64,000 nucleotides of DNA from Ostrea edulis (taxonomy: Eukaryota), in NCBI RefSeq assembly GCF_947568905.1, contig NC_079168.1:88226001-88290000 (forward strand), read 5' to 3'. The first letter of the stretch is position 1, and every line of letters starts with the position of its first letter. A program made the position numbers and the translations under genes. Below are positions 52,583-63,734 of this stretch, piece by piece. The notes under the pieces were generated by a model that saw nothing but the letters and a program-made list of their open reading frames with translations, made no database searches and was not told the DNA's origin.

Positions 52583-52874
52583 CTCGGCTGGATATTTGGA
52601 CTGACGCCATCACCAAATTTTGACGCAGTCCATAAGACATGTCTGGAAATTCACATTCACCTCAGCCGGTTCTAGCCATTAATGTGCACGTAAGTGCTTC
52701 AAATAAATGTTTTGGCCGTTAAACTAACTTTCTAACTTTCTATCACAATTAGTGCTACATTGCTTACCGTCTAGGTATAATTTTAAACCCCAAAATAAAC
52801 CAATCACAAAATGAAGAATCCCATGACGTAATTATTTATCTCCTGATATTGAAGATTTTACGGTGGTATATTCA

Positions 52875-53844
52875 TATGGTGCGTCAAATTAACATAAACT
52901 CAAATAATTGAAGATATCTTCAATTATTTGAAGATATCTTCAATTATTTGAAGATATCATCAATTCATTTGATGCGCGCAACAATTTAATTAAAGATCTC
53001 TTCAAATAATTAATGATATCTTCAATTCTGAATTATTGCGCGCATTAAATGAATTGATGATAGCATTAATTCTTCTGCTGAATTGATGCGCGCTTTAATT
53101 GAATTAATGATCTCTTCAAATGAATTAATGATATCAACAATTGAATTGATGCGCGCTACAATTCAACTGAAGAGAGCAATAATTGATATAATGCACGCAT
53201 TAAATCAATTGATGAGAGCGAAAATTGAATTGATGCGCACATTAATTCATTTGATGAGAGCAATAATGGATTTAATGCGCGCATTAATTCAATAATTGCT
53301 CTCTTCAATTGAATTAATGATATCTTTAATTCATTTGAAGAGAGCAATAATTCTTTTAGAGAGAGCAACTATATAATTAAAGATATCTTCAATTCAACAT
53401 ATCCACAATTGAATTAATGATCTCTTTAATTGAATTGTTGCTCTCTTTAAAAGAATTGATGCGCGCATCAATCCCTTATACAAAAGCATTGTAAATAATT
53501 AAAGATATCTTCAATTGAATTAAAGAGATCATCAAATTATTTATACCGAGCTCTAAATCAATTATTGCAAGCAATATTTCTACGAAATTGATGCTCTCAT
53601 CAATTGAATTGAAGAGAGCAATAATTGAATAAATGTGCGCATTAAATCAATTATTGCTCTCATTAATTCAATTGATGCGCGCATTAAATCAATTGATGAG
53701 AGCAATAATTGAATTGAAGCGCACATTAATTCATTTGATGAGAGCAATAATTGATTTAATGCGCGCCTTAATTCAATTAAAGAGAGCAATAAGAATTGAT
53801 GATATCTTCAAATAATTGAGTTTATGTTAATCTGGCGCTCCATA
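52875..53844. mobile_element. IS3EU-like non-autonomous element (TATGG...CCATA, 6-bp TSD TATTCA)
   Basis: At least 45-bp TIRs; TATTCA at 52869-52874 and 53845-53850; internal AATTGATGCGCGC subrepeats. Partial relatives at 12965-13472, 23250-23560 and 51964-52240. Confidence 0.85.
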
Positions 53845-54559
53845 TATTCAGGATATGCAAATATATTTGTCCTTCTTATGTTGGAAAATATCATGTCGTT
53901 CGAACGAGATATCATCTCGATCGCACGACTTATCTCGTTCACACGACTTATTTTTCTCGTTCGCACGACGTATGTAATTTCCTTAATTTTTTTCCTTACT
54001 TTTATTTGTGCAGTCATTTTTTAATACCACAGGACTGTTCATGTCTTTAATATGAGAATTCACTGTGGGAATGTTTCGTTGATCATGAAAACTCAAACCA
54101 AAATAATAAGAAAGAGGTAGCAACATTCAACTTTCTATGATTGTGTTTAGAATTAAATGTCAGTGGCGTAGCTGCATTGTAGCACTGTAAGCACGTGCTT
54201 ACAAATATTTTCATTAAATTTTTATTACATATTACGAAAAATGTCCCCATCTTCTGGGGGGGGGGGGGGGGGGGGGGGCATGTTATCATGAATCATTGTT
54301 TTAAAGTCGTCAATACCCAAGTCCGTAGAAAGCCCTAGCTTAGGGGATTTTACATGTGATGTTAAAGAAAATGTGGGTTGTGGTATGTGGTGGTGGTACA
54401 TATATAGTATTAACGATAGATCGATTTCTTTGAGGAAGATTGATATGCAAAACTATCAATTATCATACCTCAAAAGGTAGTGGTGTGAGTGGTGTTAAAA
54501 AACGTAAGTGATGGCATCTGGTGTACCAGTAATGGTGCGTAGATGGTGTTTATGAAAAT

Positions 54560-54970
54560 GTGGGCCGTGGTATGTGGTGAATAGATGGTGGTATGTGGTG
54601 AATAGATGATGGTGTGTTGTGTATAAGTGGTGGTATGTGGTGTATAAGTGGTGGTATGTATTGTATAAGTGGTGGTATGTGGTGTATAAGTAGTGGTATG
54701 TAGTGTATAAGTGGTGGTATTGGGTGTTAATGAAAATGTGGGCGGTGGTATGTGAATGGTGGTGATCATGGTAGATTAACCTCTTTAATATTGTTATGCA
54801 AAGAAGTGGAAACTTAAGACCAACATAGGTAGTGGTGTGAGTAATGTGTGTAGGTGGTGTTAATGAAAATGTGGGAGGTGGTATGTGGTGTAAAGGTGGT
54901 GGTATGTGGTGTATAAGTGTTGGTATGTGGTGTATAGGTGGTGTTAAGGAAAACGTGGATGGTGGTATGT
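54560..54970. repeat. GT-rich ~21-bp degenerate minisatellite
   Basis: GTGGTGGTATGTGGTGTATAA-like units. Confidence 0.8.
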
Positions 54971-55064
54971 GGAAATTAGGTTGTGTAAGCGAAAGTGTAG
55001 GTAGTGGTATAGTATGGATAGTGTTAACGAAAGTGTGGGTGGTGGTTGTTAGTTGGTTGTTTCT

Positions 55065-55310
55065 CGTCCCGTCGTGAATCCACCTATATATACCAGTTGT
55101 GGGTATGCTTAGCGCTTACGACCGTAATAGTGAGGGTTCTTTAGTGTGCCAAAACCAACCGAGACACGGAACCTCCGATTTTAAGGTCACATCCGAAAGA
55201 CCCGTGAATGCCGAGCGTTTGGCGGAGCAATCACTACCTCTTTACGTCTTAGGTTTGGCACAAGCGGAGCTCGAACTCACGACCTCTCGGTTACAAAACG
55301 AGCAAGCCAA
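55065..55310 (-). mobile_element. Degenerate tRNA-derived SINE
   Basis: GTGAGTTCGAGCTCCG B-box-like segment on the minus strand; body similar to the 57050-57205 copy. Confidence 0.55.
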
Positions 55311-55348
55311 CACAGTGAGACTGGCAGTAACGCAGCGGAAGACAATAA

Positions 55349-55691
55349 GCGCAAAAACATGCTGCAGAGTGGCAGAAGAGATACGAGAAATACCTGAACC
55401 AAAACATGTCAGAAAGGAAAGCCAATAAGAGGGTAGACGAAAAGACCATAGGGAAAACTTATCATCAGTATAAAAAAACTGTACGAGCGGTTCTTTTACG
55501 ATCTGAATCAAATACAAGACACAACGGACGAAAAGGTGACAGACGCCATCGATGAATTTGTGTCCGACAATCATGGACTACCAGTAAATAAATCCATTAA
55601 GATGGCTCTTCGCAAAAACAAATATTTACTTGAATCTTACTTAGATAAATACGACAATGATGAAGACGAGGAGCAGGAAGACGAAGACTAA
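55349..55691 (+). pseudogene. Frameshifted ORF remnant with acidic C-terminus, possibly a Maverick/Polinton accessory gene
   Basis: AEWQKRYEKYLNQNMSERKANKRVDEK...YKK, then +1 shift in the A-run near 55472, then LYERFFYDLNQIQ...KSIKMALRKNKYLLESYLDKYDNDEDEEQEDED*. Family link is from recalled resemblance and proximity to the penton remnant. Confidence 0.45.
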
Positions 55692-56058
55692 CCGATGCGA
55701 CAGAATCACACCTCTGTATAACGACACCTCTGTATAACGACAGAATCACACCTCTGTATAACGACAGAATCACACCCCTGTGTTCCGTGACACCCACAAA
55801 TGAACACTGTCTTTACAGACTTAATTCACGCTGACGTAACTTGTATATTCTTGAGGGAAGGGGCTACGATATCAATTGACCCTTTTCATATGTTTAAAAA
55901 ATATTATAAAATAAAAATGTAATCCTAAAAAATGTGTTATTTTTTACCAACATGATTACCGGTACTAAGCAAACTCACATATGGAACTTTACAAAGTGTG
56001 TACCGGTATAGAGAGACAGGGGGGGGGGGGGGGGGTCATTTTCATCATTTGAGTAACC

Positions 56059-56255
56059 ATGGCTCAACGATAAGGTTTTTACTTGATTTTCCCCAGTGAT
56101 GGGTCTATAGATTCCGTTCCTAACAATACGGCAGCTCAATTTAAAATCTTTTTACCGCAATCCCTGGATTTAACGGACAGAGAATGGGAAGTCTCTTAAA
56201 AATAGCGGAAATGATGTATTCCAATTCATCGAAAAACATCACGGAGGAAGAGGTT
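56059..56255 (+). pseudogene. Decayed Maverick/Polinton minor capsid (penton) 5' fragment
   Basis: MAQR*GFYLIFPSDGSIDSVPNNTAAQFKIFLPQSLDLTDREWEVS / AEMMYSNSSKNITEEE matches the penton N-terminal pattern FY.TLPS..S...P.NT...F...LP..L.L...WEV.L.E..YP; contains a stop and a frameshift. Confidence 0.7.
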
Positions 56256-56262
56256 CTATCAA

Positions 56263-56500
56263 TTGCAATGTCCGGCAATAGTCTGTACTTTAGTCAGATT
56301 GAATGTCCGGAAGTTTATCATCCGCTTTATTGTCGTGTTTGGATTTCGTATTGAGGTGCACACTGACCAAGATCGAAAGTTCTATGGTAACATACTTCAA
56401 GTCTCGTGTGACGAGTTACAGATCGAGAAGACAAGGACAATACCTTACATCTTCATCGGGCGGGATGAGAGGCACTATGCAATATTATTCAGTATGCATC
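56263..56500 (+). pseudogene. Retroviral-type integrase core fragment, Ty3/Gypsy-like
   Basis: FIVVFGFRIEVHTDQDRKFYGNILQVSCDELQIEKTRTIPY resembles the Gypsy pattern FG.P.E.HTDQGRNF.S......C..L.I.KTRTTPY. Confidence 0.65.
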
Positions 56501-56671
56501 CAATTTTGTATTACTAGAAATCTGTTTTATAATGCATTTGTAAACATAACATTATCTTTATAGATGTAAATGCATGGGTCCTACTGTGATGAAGTTAGGT
56601 ATTTATGAGCTCTCTATTCTTTCATTTGTAATTTTTCATGTTTTTTGTTAAATCATTGTTTCATTTTCTTA

Positions 56672-57040
56672 TCGGATGTAGGCTACTGACAGACAAGTTG
56701 ATGTTACAGGGTTTTCAATAGTCTTGTTTTCACAAATTCTATGGTCGTTTTAATGATTTAGTTTGCCAATACAACCTGTCATTGTGTCAAATGCTGTCTG
56801 ACGTGTTTCATACCAATGGTTATGCCGTTCTTAGTACACTGATTTTGACTACGGATTACTCCGTTTATCCGATCAAGATATAGGGTTAACGGCGGGTGTG
56901 ACCGGTCGACAGGGGATGCTTATTCCTCCTAGGCACCTGATCCCACCTCTGGTATATCTAAGGTTCCGTGTTTGTACAACTATTTTGTATTCCCTATAGG
57001 AGTTATGGGATTGATCACTGTTCGTTATCTTCACCTTTCA
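56672..57040 (+). mobile_element. Penelope-like 3' end (RT C-terminus plus tail)
   Basis: RLLTDKLMLQGFQ...KFYGRFNDLVCQYNLSLCQMLSDVFHTNG, then the shared tail ending TTCGTTATCTTCACCTTTCA. Confidence 0.75.
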
Positions 57041-57049
57041 TTTTAAGGT

Positions 57050-57205
57050 AATCTACGAGGATCCGTGACATTCACACCTAATGCTGAGCGTTCTGCGATA
57101 GAACTGTCACTACCTGTTTTAACGACTTAGGTCTGTCCTGGTCGGGATTCGAACCCCGACCTTCCGCATGAGGGCTGAACGCTCTACCTCTAGGCCACCG
57201 TGGCG
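57050..57205 (-). mobile_element. tRNA-derived SINE 5' part
   Basis: GGTGGCCTAGAGGTAGAGCG (A box) ... GGTTCGAATCCCG (B box), continuing into non-tRNA body GACAGACCTAAGTCGTTAAAACAGGTAGTGAC. Confidence 0.8.
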
Positions 57206-59539
57206 ATTTGCCGTAATAGAAAACCAGGAGATACTACTCGTTACATTCTTCAACCGATCTAAATGTAATCATGGAACTCCGCTTGTTTCCGGTACGCTGA
57301 ATGAGGACCAGGAGTGTCTTGCCTTATGCTTGTCTTTGGTTAAACGTCCATATTTTTAGGATGTCGTGTTCAGCAATTTGTAGAAGCTGTTGACCTCCAA
57401 AGGTCGCTCCTTATTTGTTGGACCATAGAAAGTGATAACAATTGCAGACACGAATGCCCATTTGATGGGGGAATTTCATTTATAAAAGTATTGATCGCGT
57501 CAGAGATGTATGGGCATTGAACATTTGTGCGTTCTCTGGTTACATATGTAACAGTGGGAGATTTGATTATACATCTCCCTCCGTCATGTACATGTATACT
57601 TTTTATAAGGAAGGGAGCGCAATTCTACTGCATAATAGGGATCGGACTCGGGATAAGCACTAAGACAGACACCTGAATCCATTCCCATAAGTTACATATG
57701 CCGGACTCCTGCCTATACTATAGTCTCAGATTACTATTATTATTATGCGTCAAAGGTTTGTTTGGTTGATAAACGATTAGTTACCTGCTTAAATAATGAT
57801 TTCCTAGAATGATCCACTCTAAAGCATTGACCAAACTTGCATTATTCATGGATGCATATTGCCAGTCGAGTTTCGTATTCGTATTCTCTGCATTACAAAC
57901 CCGCCGCCACCCCCACCCCGCCCAGCTGTAGTATATATCACTATAAAAAAAAACCACGGTAAAATACGAGTAAAAACGTACTGGCTATATCGCCCCCACT
58001 ACACGTTAATTTAGCTTGGACAGAAGTTGATCCGATAGACACGAACAGATCGACTTTCACCTGGCAGTCGCCAGCAAAAGACTTCAGCCAAAAATCGCAC
58101 AGACACGACAGACAAGGGTAATCTTGCGCAATATGTTGCCAATTAACATGCACACATTATCAATATAGGTATTGTAGAACTGGTAGTTGCGCTTCCTGAC
58201 GTTTATTATTTTTTTTTTTTATAGTATTCGGATCGATAGCAACAGATGTTTTCTTCCATTAAAGGAAATCTTTCGCCTGGGATACAGGTAAAAAACAATA
58301 CAACTTTATAAATAATCATCAAATATTCCTTTTGTTACGAATCGAAAAGTGATTAGACTAAATCCGATTTTCTCTCAAATAATTAACCATCACGAGAACT
58401 CATTTTACAACACCTTTGCTGTAACTTAATGATTTTGAATTAATGATTTCTATAACCTTTTGAAGTGCACACTAGCGCCCTCTGGTTTAGTACTCGCCAT
58501 GCATTTACTTCTTTTAAAAGACCAAAGAATGGTTTACGATTATCATTTTTGTGTTAATCCACTGCCTTTCAAAGACGATTATCAGATGTATGACGTTTAT
58601 CGAGCAGACGGCTGTTCAGTGTTTACAAGGTAAGACCTGTTTTATTAAAGTAATCGCATTCTTCTGGGGCGTCAGCACAAAGAGCGATCTCACCGGCGGT
58701 AATTCTTAAAGACAAATTTCGGTGATATTACCAAAAATCGAGGAATATTGAAGTACATATAATAGATTGTAAAGATGAAAAGAACAGGAGAGAATAAGAG
58801 AGAGATTCTGTCCATTGCCTCGATTGCATGTTGTTTAACGACTCATTCGATAAATTTCTACTCGAGACGTCACCAGCTGTAGGAGAAGTGCCACAAAATG
58901 TTCACCTACGAATGACTGTAGTGGTGAGGATTCTTTACCATGTCAACGCCTACTGTGACACGGGACCTCCGTTTTCCAAAAGACTTTCAATTAATGTAAA
59001 ACTTCTAATGTTTGACAAGACGGTAGGATTGTTGCTTCGATTGTAAAAACGAAATCAATATCTTCATCATAATAATTAAATATATTCAGTTCTAACAGTA
59101 ACGTTTGTTCTACACAATTAAATATGGAGAGAAAAAAGTTGACTGTACGATTTATCAGCAGAAATAACCCGTTAAAACTGACGGAAAAATACATAACAAT
59201 TTCTTTGTGAATTGAACGCAAACCCCAATTGTCGCTGCAATTCACATCTGACGCCGTAATCGATACCGAACACGAAACGTAAACCTCTTTTTTCACGCAG
59301 GTTTAATTTTCATAGTTGTACGTCCTTTCATGTTATAAGAAGAATTCTTTGAGAATGTTCAAAGGCCGTAAGCGCCGAGCATAGGCCTAAATTTTAATTC
59401 TGGTTAATTCTTTGGGAAAAGAAATAGAAATGACTTGATCAGTTCGAGTTGATCTGCATTAACACAAAATTATGCAATCAAAAAATATATATTTCAAATA
59501 TAGGTTTCTTTTTGCAAGTCCTTTCATTTCATACCATAA

Positions 59540-59985
59540 TCTTTGACCTACTTTGAAGAAAACGTAACCTATAATCTCCTGTGCTATTTATTTTTTGTGT
59601 ATATATCCTTTATGGCGAGACCTTATGGTAGCACGGTGTGTGACCTTGGAGTATGGTCTACTTTTAAAAACTATGACCTATTCAATATATCCTGAACTAT
59701 TAACAGTATAACTTTTACATTTTGTATATAGATTTCTTATAACAAGACCTTTCATTTCATAACATGGTCTATGTGACCTTGACCTTCTCCCAGAACAGCA
59801 AGGTCGTGTTAGTCATATTGGTGTCGAGCCATCCGCATGTTGTGTGAATTCATATTCAGTTATATCGTAACCCTTTAAAATTTCTTATGGGAATAAAAAT
59901 TGAAAAAAGAAAAAAAAACTTGTGAAAATCACAACTGCAGGGTCAACGTGACTCAGGTGAGCGATGTGACCCATGGGTGTCTTGT
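59540..59985 (-). mobile_element. Truncated Helentron-type element
   Basis: Minus start AACAAGACACCCATGGGTCACATCGCTCACCTGAGTCAC. Confidence 0.6.
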
Positions 59986-60200
59986 TCATTGGCTATTCGG
60001 TTCGTCTCTGGTACTTTTCACTGGCTATTCAGTTCGTCTCGGGTACTTTACATTGGCTATTTAGTTCGTCTCTGGTACTTTTTACTGGCTATTCAGTTCG
60101 TCTCGGGTACTTTTCATTGGCTATTTAGTTCGTCTCTGGTACTTTTCATTGGCTATTCAGTTCGTCTCCGGTACTTTTCATTGGCTATTCAGTTCGTCAC
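59985..60200. repeat. 32-bp minisatellite, 6-7 copies
   Basis: TTCA(T/C)TGGCTATTCAGTTCGTCTC(T/G)GGTACTT repeated. Confidence 0.9.
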
Positions 60201-60282
60201 TAATATATTTCATTCACGATCTTTAAATAAAAACAATGTTTGCTTTCCTTCTGTAGTTTTAGCATTCAAATGCAGGGAAATT

Positions 60283-60635
60283 CACGGGCACCTGAAGTAT
60301 GGATTATTACTACCCCCCCCCCCTTTCATATTTTTTTTTGTTGGTGGCTATAATTTCTCTGAAATGTGTGAATTCCCAGTCTATCTCATCCCTCTTTCGA
60401 TTCATGTAATCGTTTCACGCTTTTTGTAAGCTTTAGAGATTGGCCTTGTACCGGTAGAAGGCCAATCTCTAAAGCTTACAAAAAGTGTGAAACGATTACA
60501 TTGTACATGAATCGAAAGAGGGATGAGATAGACTGGGAATTCACACATTTCAGAGAAATTATTGCCACCAAAGAAAAAATTATGAAAAGGGGGTGGGTGG
60601 GTGGGTGGTAATAATCCATACTTCAGGTGCCTGTG
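60283..60635. mobile_element. 353-bp foldback element with 8-bp TSD GGGAAATT
   Basis: Arms of about 170 bp around a GTACCGGTAG loop; CAC...GTG ends; GGGAAATT at 60275-60282 and 60636-60643. Confidence 0.85.
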
Positions 60636-60930
60636 GGGAAATTCGGTTGAAGAAATGAAAATCTACAACTTTTGTAATATTACTTCCGTGAACTGTATCT
60701 ACGATAGTTTCATCATTGTGTACTCCCTTTTTAAAATAACCTTCGGCCAAAAACAAACGGTTTATAACCTGCATTTTGGACGGACAAAATACCATCATAG
60801 GTCGAAATTAATATTTTTCTGGATCTGCGACACAATCCCTTATGCACGGTAAGATGACTTGGTGTCGACACAAATAAGACTTTTAGATGAATCATAAAAC
60901 AGGATTTATTCAATGCATTTAGATCTAAAC

Positions 60931-61338
60931 TAGGGATGTCAACGAGTACTCGACTATCGTTCGGTCATACCGATCGACTAAATTTTTCATGGTCGAGTAC
61001 TCGTTAAAAATAGCCTTTTTAGTAATGTTCATATAAATTCTAAACGATTCAGTGTTTTTGTGAGTAAAAATCATGTATTAAGAGTAAAGTCAAACCAGTT
61101 TTAATTCGTTTATGTTCAAATAAATCATTTGATTTTGGTGTCGGTCTGTAAATATGTCTCCGAAATCCACAGTTTGGACATACTTTAAAAGATCGCATGA
61201 TGGAAAAAAGATGAAATGCACTGATGACTTAGGTACACCTGTATTCTGTCAGTCCGGTTTTTTTTTTTAGTACCGAGTACTCGACTAAAGTCTCCGAGTA
61301 TTCTACTAGGCTATGCCGAAGTAAAATTGACATCCCTA
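60931..61338. mobile_element. hAT-type MITE
   Basis: TAGGGATGTCAA...TTGACATCCCTA termini; 8-bp TSD ATCTAAAC at 60923-60930 and 61339-61346. Confidence 0.88.
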
Positions 61339-62305
61339 ATCTAAACACAACCCGCTCATAATTTTTATTTTTGGTCAAGACTGTCTTTTTGAATTATTGA
61401 TAATACAATACATTGTCGCTCGAAAAGCTTTGCTAATCTATACAGTATATTGCCTGCAAAGCCGCGAAAGACCAGTAAATAATTCAATGAAATACAGATT
61501 GGTACATTCGGCAGTATGCTAACACTGATTGTTATCGTGGAACACGTTTAAATGAATTACACACAAACATGTGGAGAACAATCTGGAAGAAGTCATACGC
61601 GGCACAGATCCCCCCCTTCACAGTCCCAGAGCGCACAACCATCAACTTCACATCTCCTGTTGCTTTAACATACCAAACAGATCGCGGATATTAATGAGCC
61701 CTACTAATTAAATTTACTTGGCGTGTAAACAACATATCTATAGAATTAAAACAAGATGATCAAAACGCAGGGGATACCTAGACGAGGCAGAAAAGCTCAC
61801 TGAGAAAAGTTTGATGTAATTAAAGTCCCTATACAGCTGCTGTTTTGTTTTTCAGATGTCGAGTTAATCTCCCTTGTGTTGCTGCACTTTATTCATACCA
61901 CATCGTATATTCAACCATCCAATTATTGAGATGAAGCAAGGAATTGCTCAACTTGACGATGATGAATTATTGCCCTACTCTCTCGCGTGATCTCACTTCA
62001 GTACACACACGAGATTCCGTAGACTTGGAACATCACCAGTCGTGTAGTCCTACAAAGACGCTGAACAATGAAGGAAACGGAATTCATGTGTATTTAAAAT
62101 GAAACTTAAAATGTTGCTTTCTTCTGCTGGCTATGGATCTTGCTTTTTCCTAAAAACAAATCGATAGCAGGTATAACCGTCTCGGAAACACTTCCAATTT
62201 TGTAAAATTTCCTCTCGGTGTTTGAGAGTAATCAATTGTGAATTCATTTAAATGCAACTGCTTATCATCAGATGCCATCAATTCCTTTTACAGAAAACGG
62301 CGACA

Positions 62306-63159
62306 ATGTTGGCACAGGACTTCGCGGGGATATTTTTCATTGTTTTGTTTGGTGGATTATTCATCTTCATCTGCACTATCTCCGCCATTAAAGCTGTCAG
62401 GTAGGGGGCAATTTATTCCAATCGTTGGAAAACATCTTTTTATATCGATAAATGCAGGACTGTGCAATTTGTTTTTGTTTCAGAGATCGCAGAAAAATCA
62501 AGAAATTCATAAAGGCGAAGGAGGAAGCAACGAAAGCCATAAGACTCCAGCGACAAGCCTATATTAACATGGGCCAGATTGAAGAAACACCAAAGCATGT
62601 CAATTTCCTCACTGCCACAGGGAACACTGTGTCTTCAAACTACAAAGCCACACATGTGAATGGCGATTCAGTAGACAAAAATGGTGGGCCCTCAAACGCT
62701 GTTCAAACGAAGATTAGCCAAACTTCGTCAAAATACGGAAGTACACCAGACTCCATTCCTCATACTCTTGGAAATTCACCAAGAAACTCTGTCCTCTCCA
62801 CAGACACTTCGTTATGTCATTTTGCCTCCATGGAAAGTCTTACTGATGACGTCATGAATTCTATCAATGGACGTTATGGTCCTCCTAAAGACAAGTGTTC
62901 GAGTTCAGACAATCCCAATTTGCAGCATTCTCGTCCACAAAGTAGTTATAGTACAAGCAGTGCCAATTTAACTTTACCGGAAGATCGCGTCACAGCTACG
63001 AAAACATTACGTCGCTATTCCTACCAAGTGGCATGCGCAGAGTCCAGCATTGATAGAAAGCCGCCACAGTTTGCAAAGTCAGCAGCCATTATAAAAACGT
63101 ACAGAAGTAACAATGTTGCGTTTGAAAATGTTGCCTTTAATTGTGATAGAAATTCATGA
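62306..63159 (+). CDS. Unrecognised single-pass membrane protein (about 256 aa): N-terminal TM helix and Ser/Thr-rich tail
   Basis: Exon 62306-62400 (MLAQDFAGIFFIVLFGGLFIFICTISAIKAV-R, acceptor at 62292-62293, AG|GTAGGG donor) splices in phase 2 to 62484-63159, the longest ORF in the track. A basic patch RDRRKIKK follows the helix. An upstream in-frame extension cannot be excluded. Confidence 0.72.
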
Positions 63160-63617
63160 CATTGTGATTATGTTTTTTTTACCATGTATTGTGAATTGTG
63201 AATGCACCAGCACTAACTCTCCGAGATGAAAAAATGTAAAAAGCCTAAAGGGCTTATTCATAATCTCATCTCTTAACACTGCAGGAGCCGTTACACAATG
63301 TTTACTAACACTTTACTAACACTACTTCTAATCCATTTAGGAGATTACAATAGTTCAACACAAGTTAGAGAACAACAGCACTGCCAAATATGGTTACTTC
63401 TCAGTAGAGCTTTCATGGCTCATGCAAGATTCCTATCAATATTTTTAACCATGCATATTTTTCAAAACACTGCCATGAAGATTATTATAAACCAGTTTTT
63501 CTCTCCTCCACTTGCCATAATGCATGTTTAGCATACATTTCTGTATAAAAATAATGACACATTTTTATATCATATTAATATATATTAAACTTAAAAATTT
63601 TATTTAAAAAGTTGTTA

Positions 63618-63734
63618 TCAATCTCTAGAGAAAGCGAAGGCTGCCAACTTTGGGTTGATTTTTCTGGTAGGTCCTTCATCCTCTTCTCGTTTTCTTTTCT
63701 TGTTATCACCTTCCTTTGATTTCTGAACCCAAAC
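63618..63734 (-). CDS. WDHD1: Last coding exon of a WD repeat and HMG-box DNA-binding protein 1 (And-1/Ctf4) gene; remainder lies beyond the right edge
   Basis: TTTTAG acceptor, then VWVQKSKEGDNKKRKREEDEGPTRKINPKLAAFAFSRD*. This resembles the And-1 C-terminus as recalled (end of HMG box VW..K.K, KKRKR basic patch, terminal KL.AFAF). AATAAA at 63604-63599. Confidence 0.72.
   Translation of the reverse strand, partial: VWVQKSKEGDNKKRKREEDEGPTRKINPKLAAFAFSRD

Noticed and set aside
53083-53815. Coiled-coil-looking ORFs (MRALIEL...) on both strands
   Set aside because: They are translations of the internal subrepeats of the 52875-53844 TIR element, with no splice support.
54470-55077. Thr/His-rich and Gly/Trp-rich ORFs resembling mucin or shell proteins
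   Set aside because: Both are readings of the GT-rich minisatellite; no signal peptide or exon structure.
56880-57000. HDV-like ribozyme or SECIS element in the Penelope-like tail (GGGGATGC...GATCCC...)
   Set aside because: I could not assemble the nested double pseudoknot or a SECIS core by eye, and the RT fragments show no clear in-frame UGA pattern. A covariance-model search would be needed.
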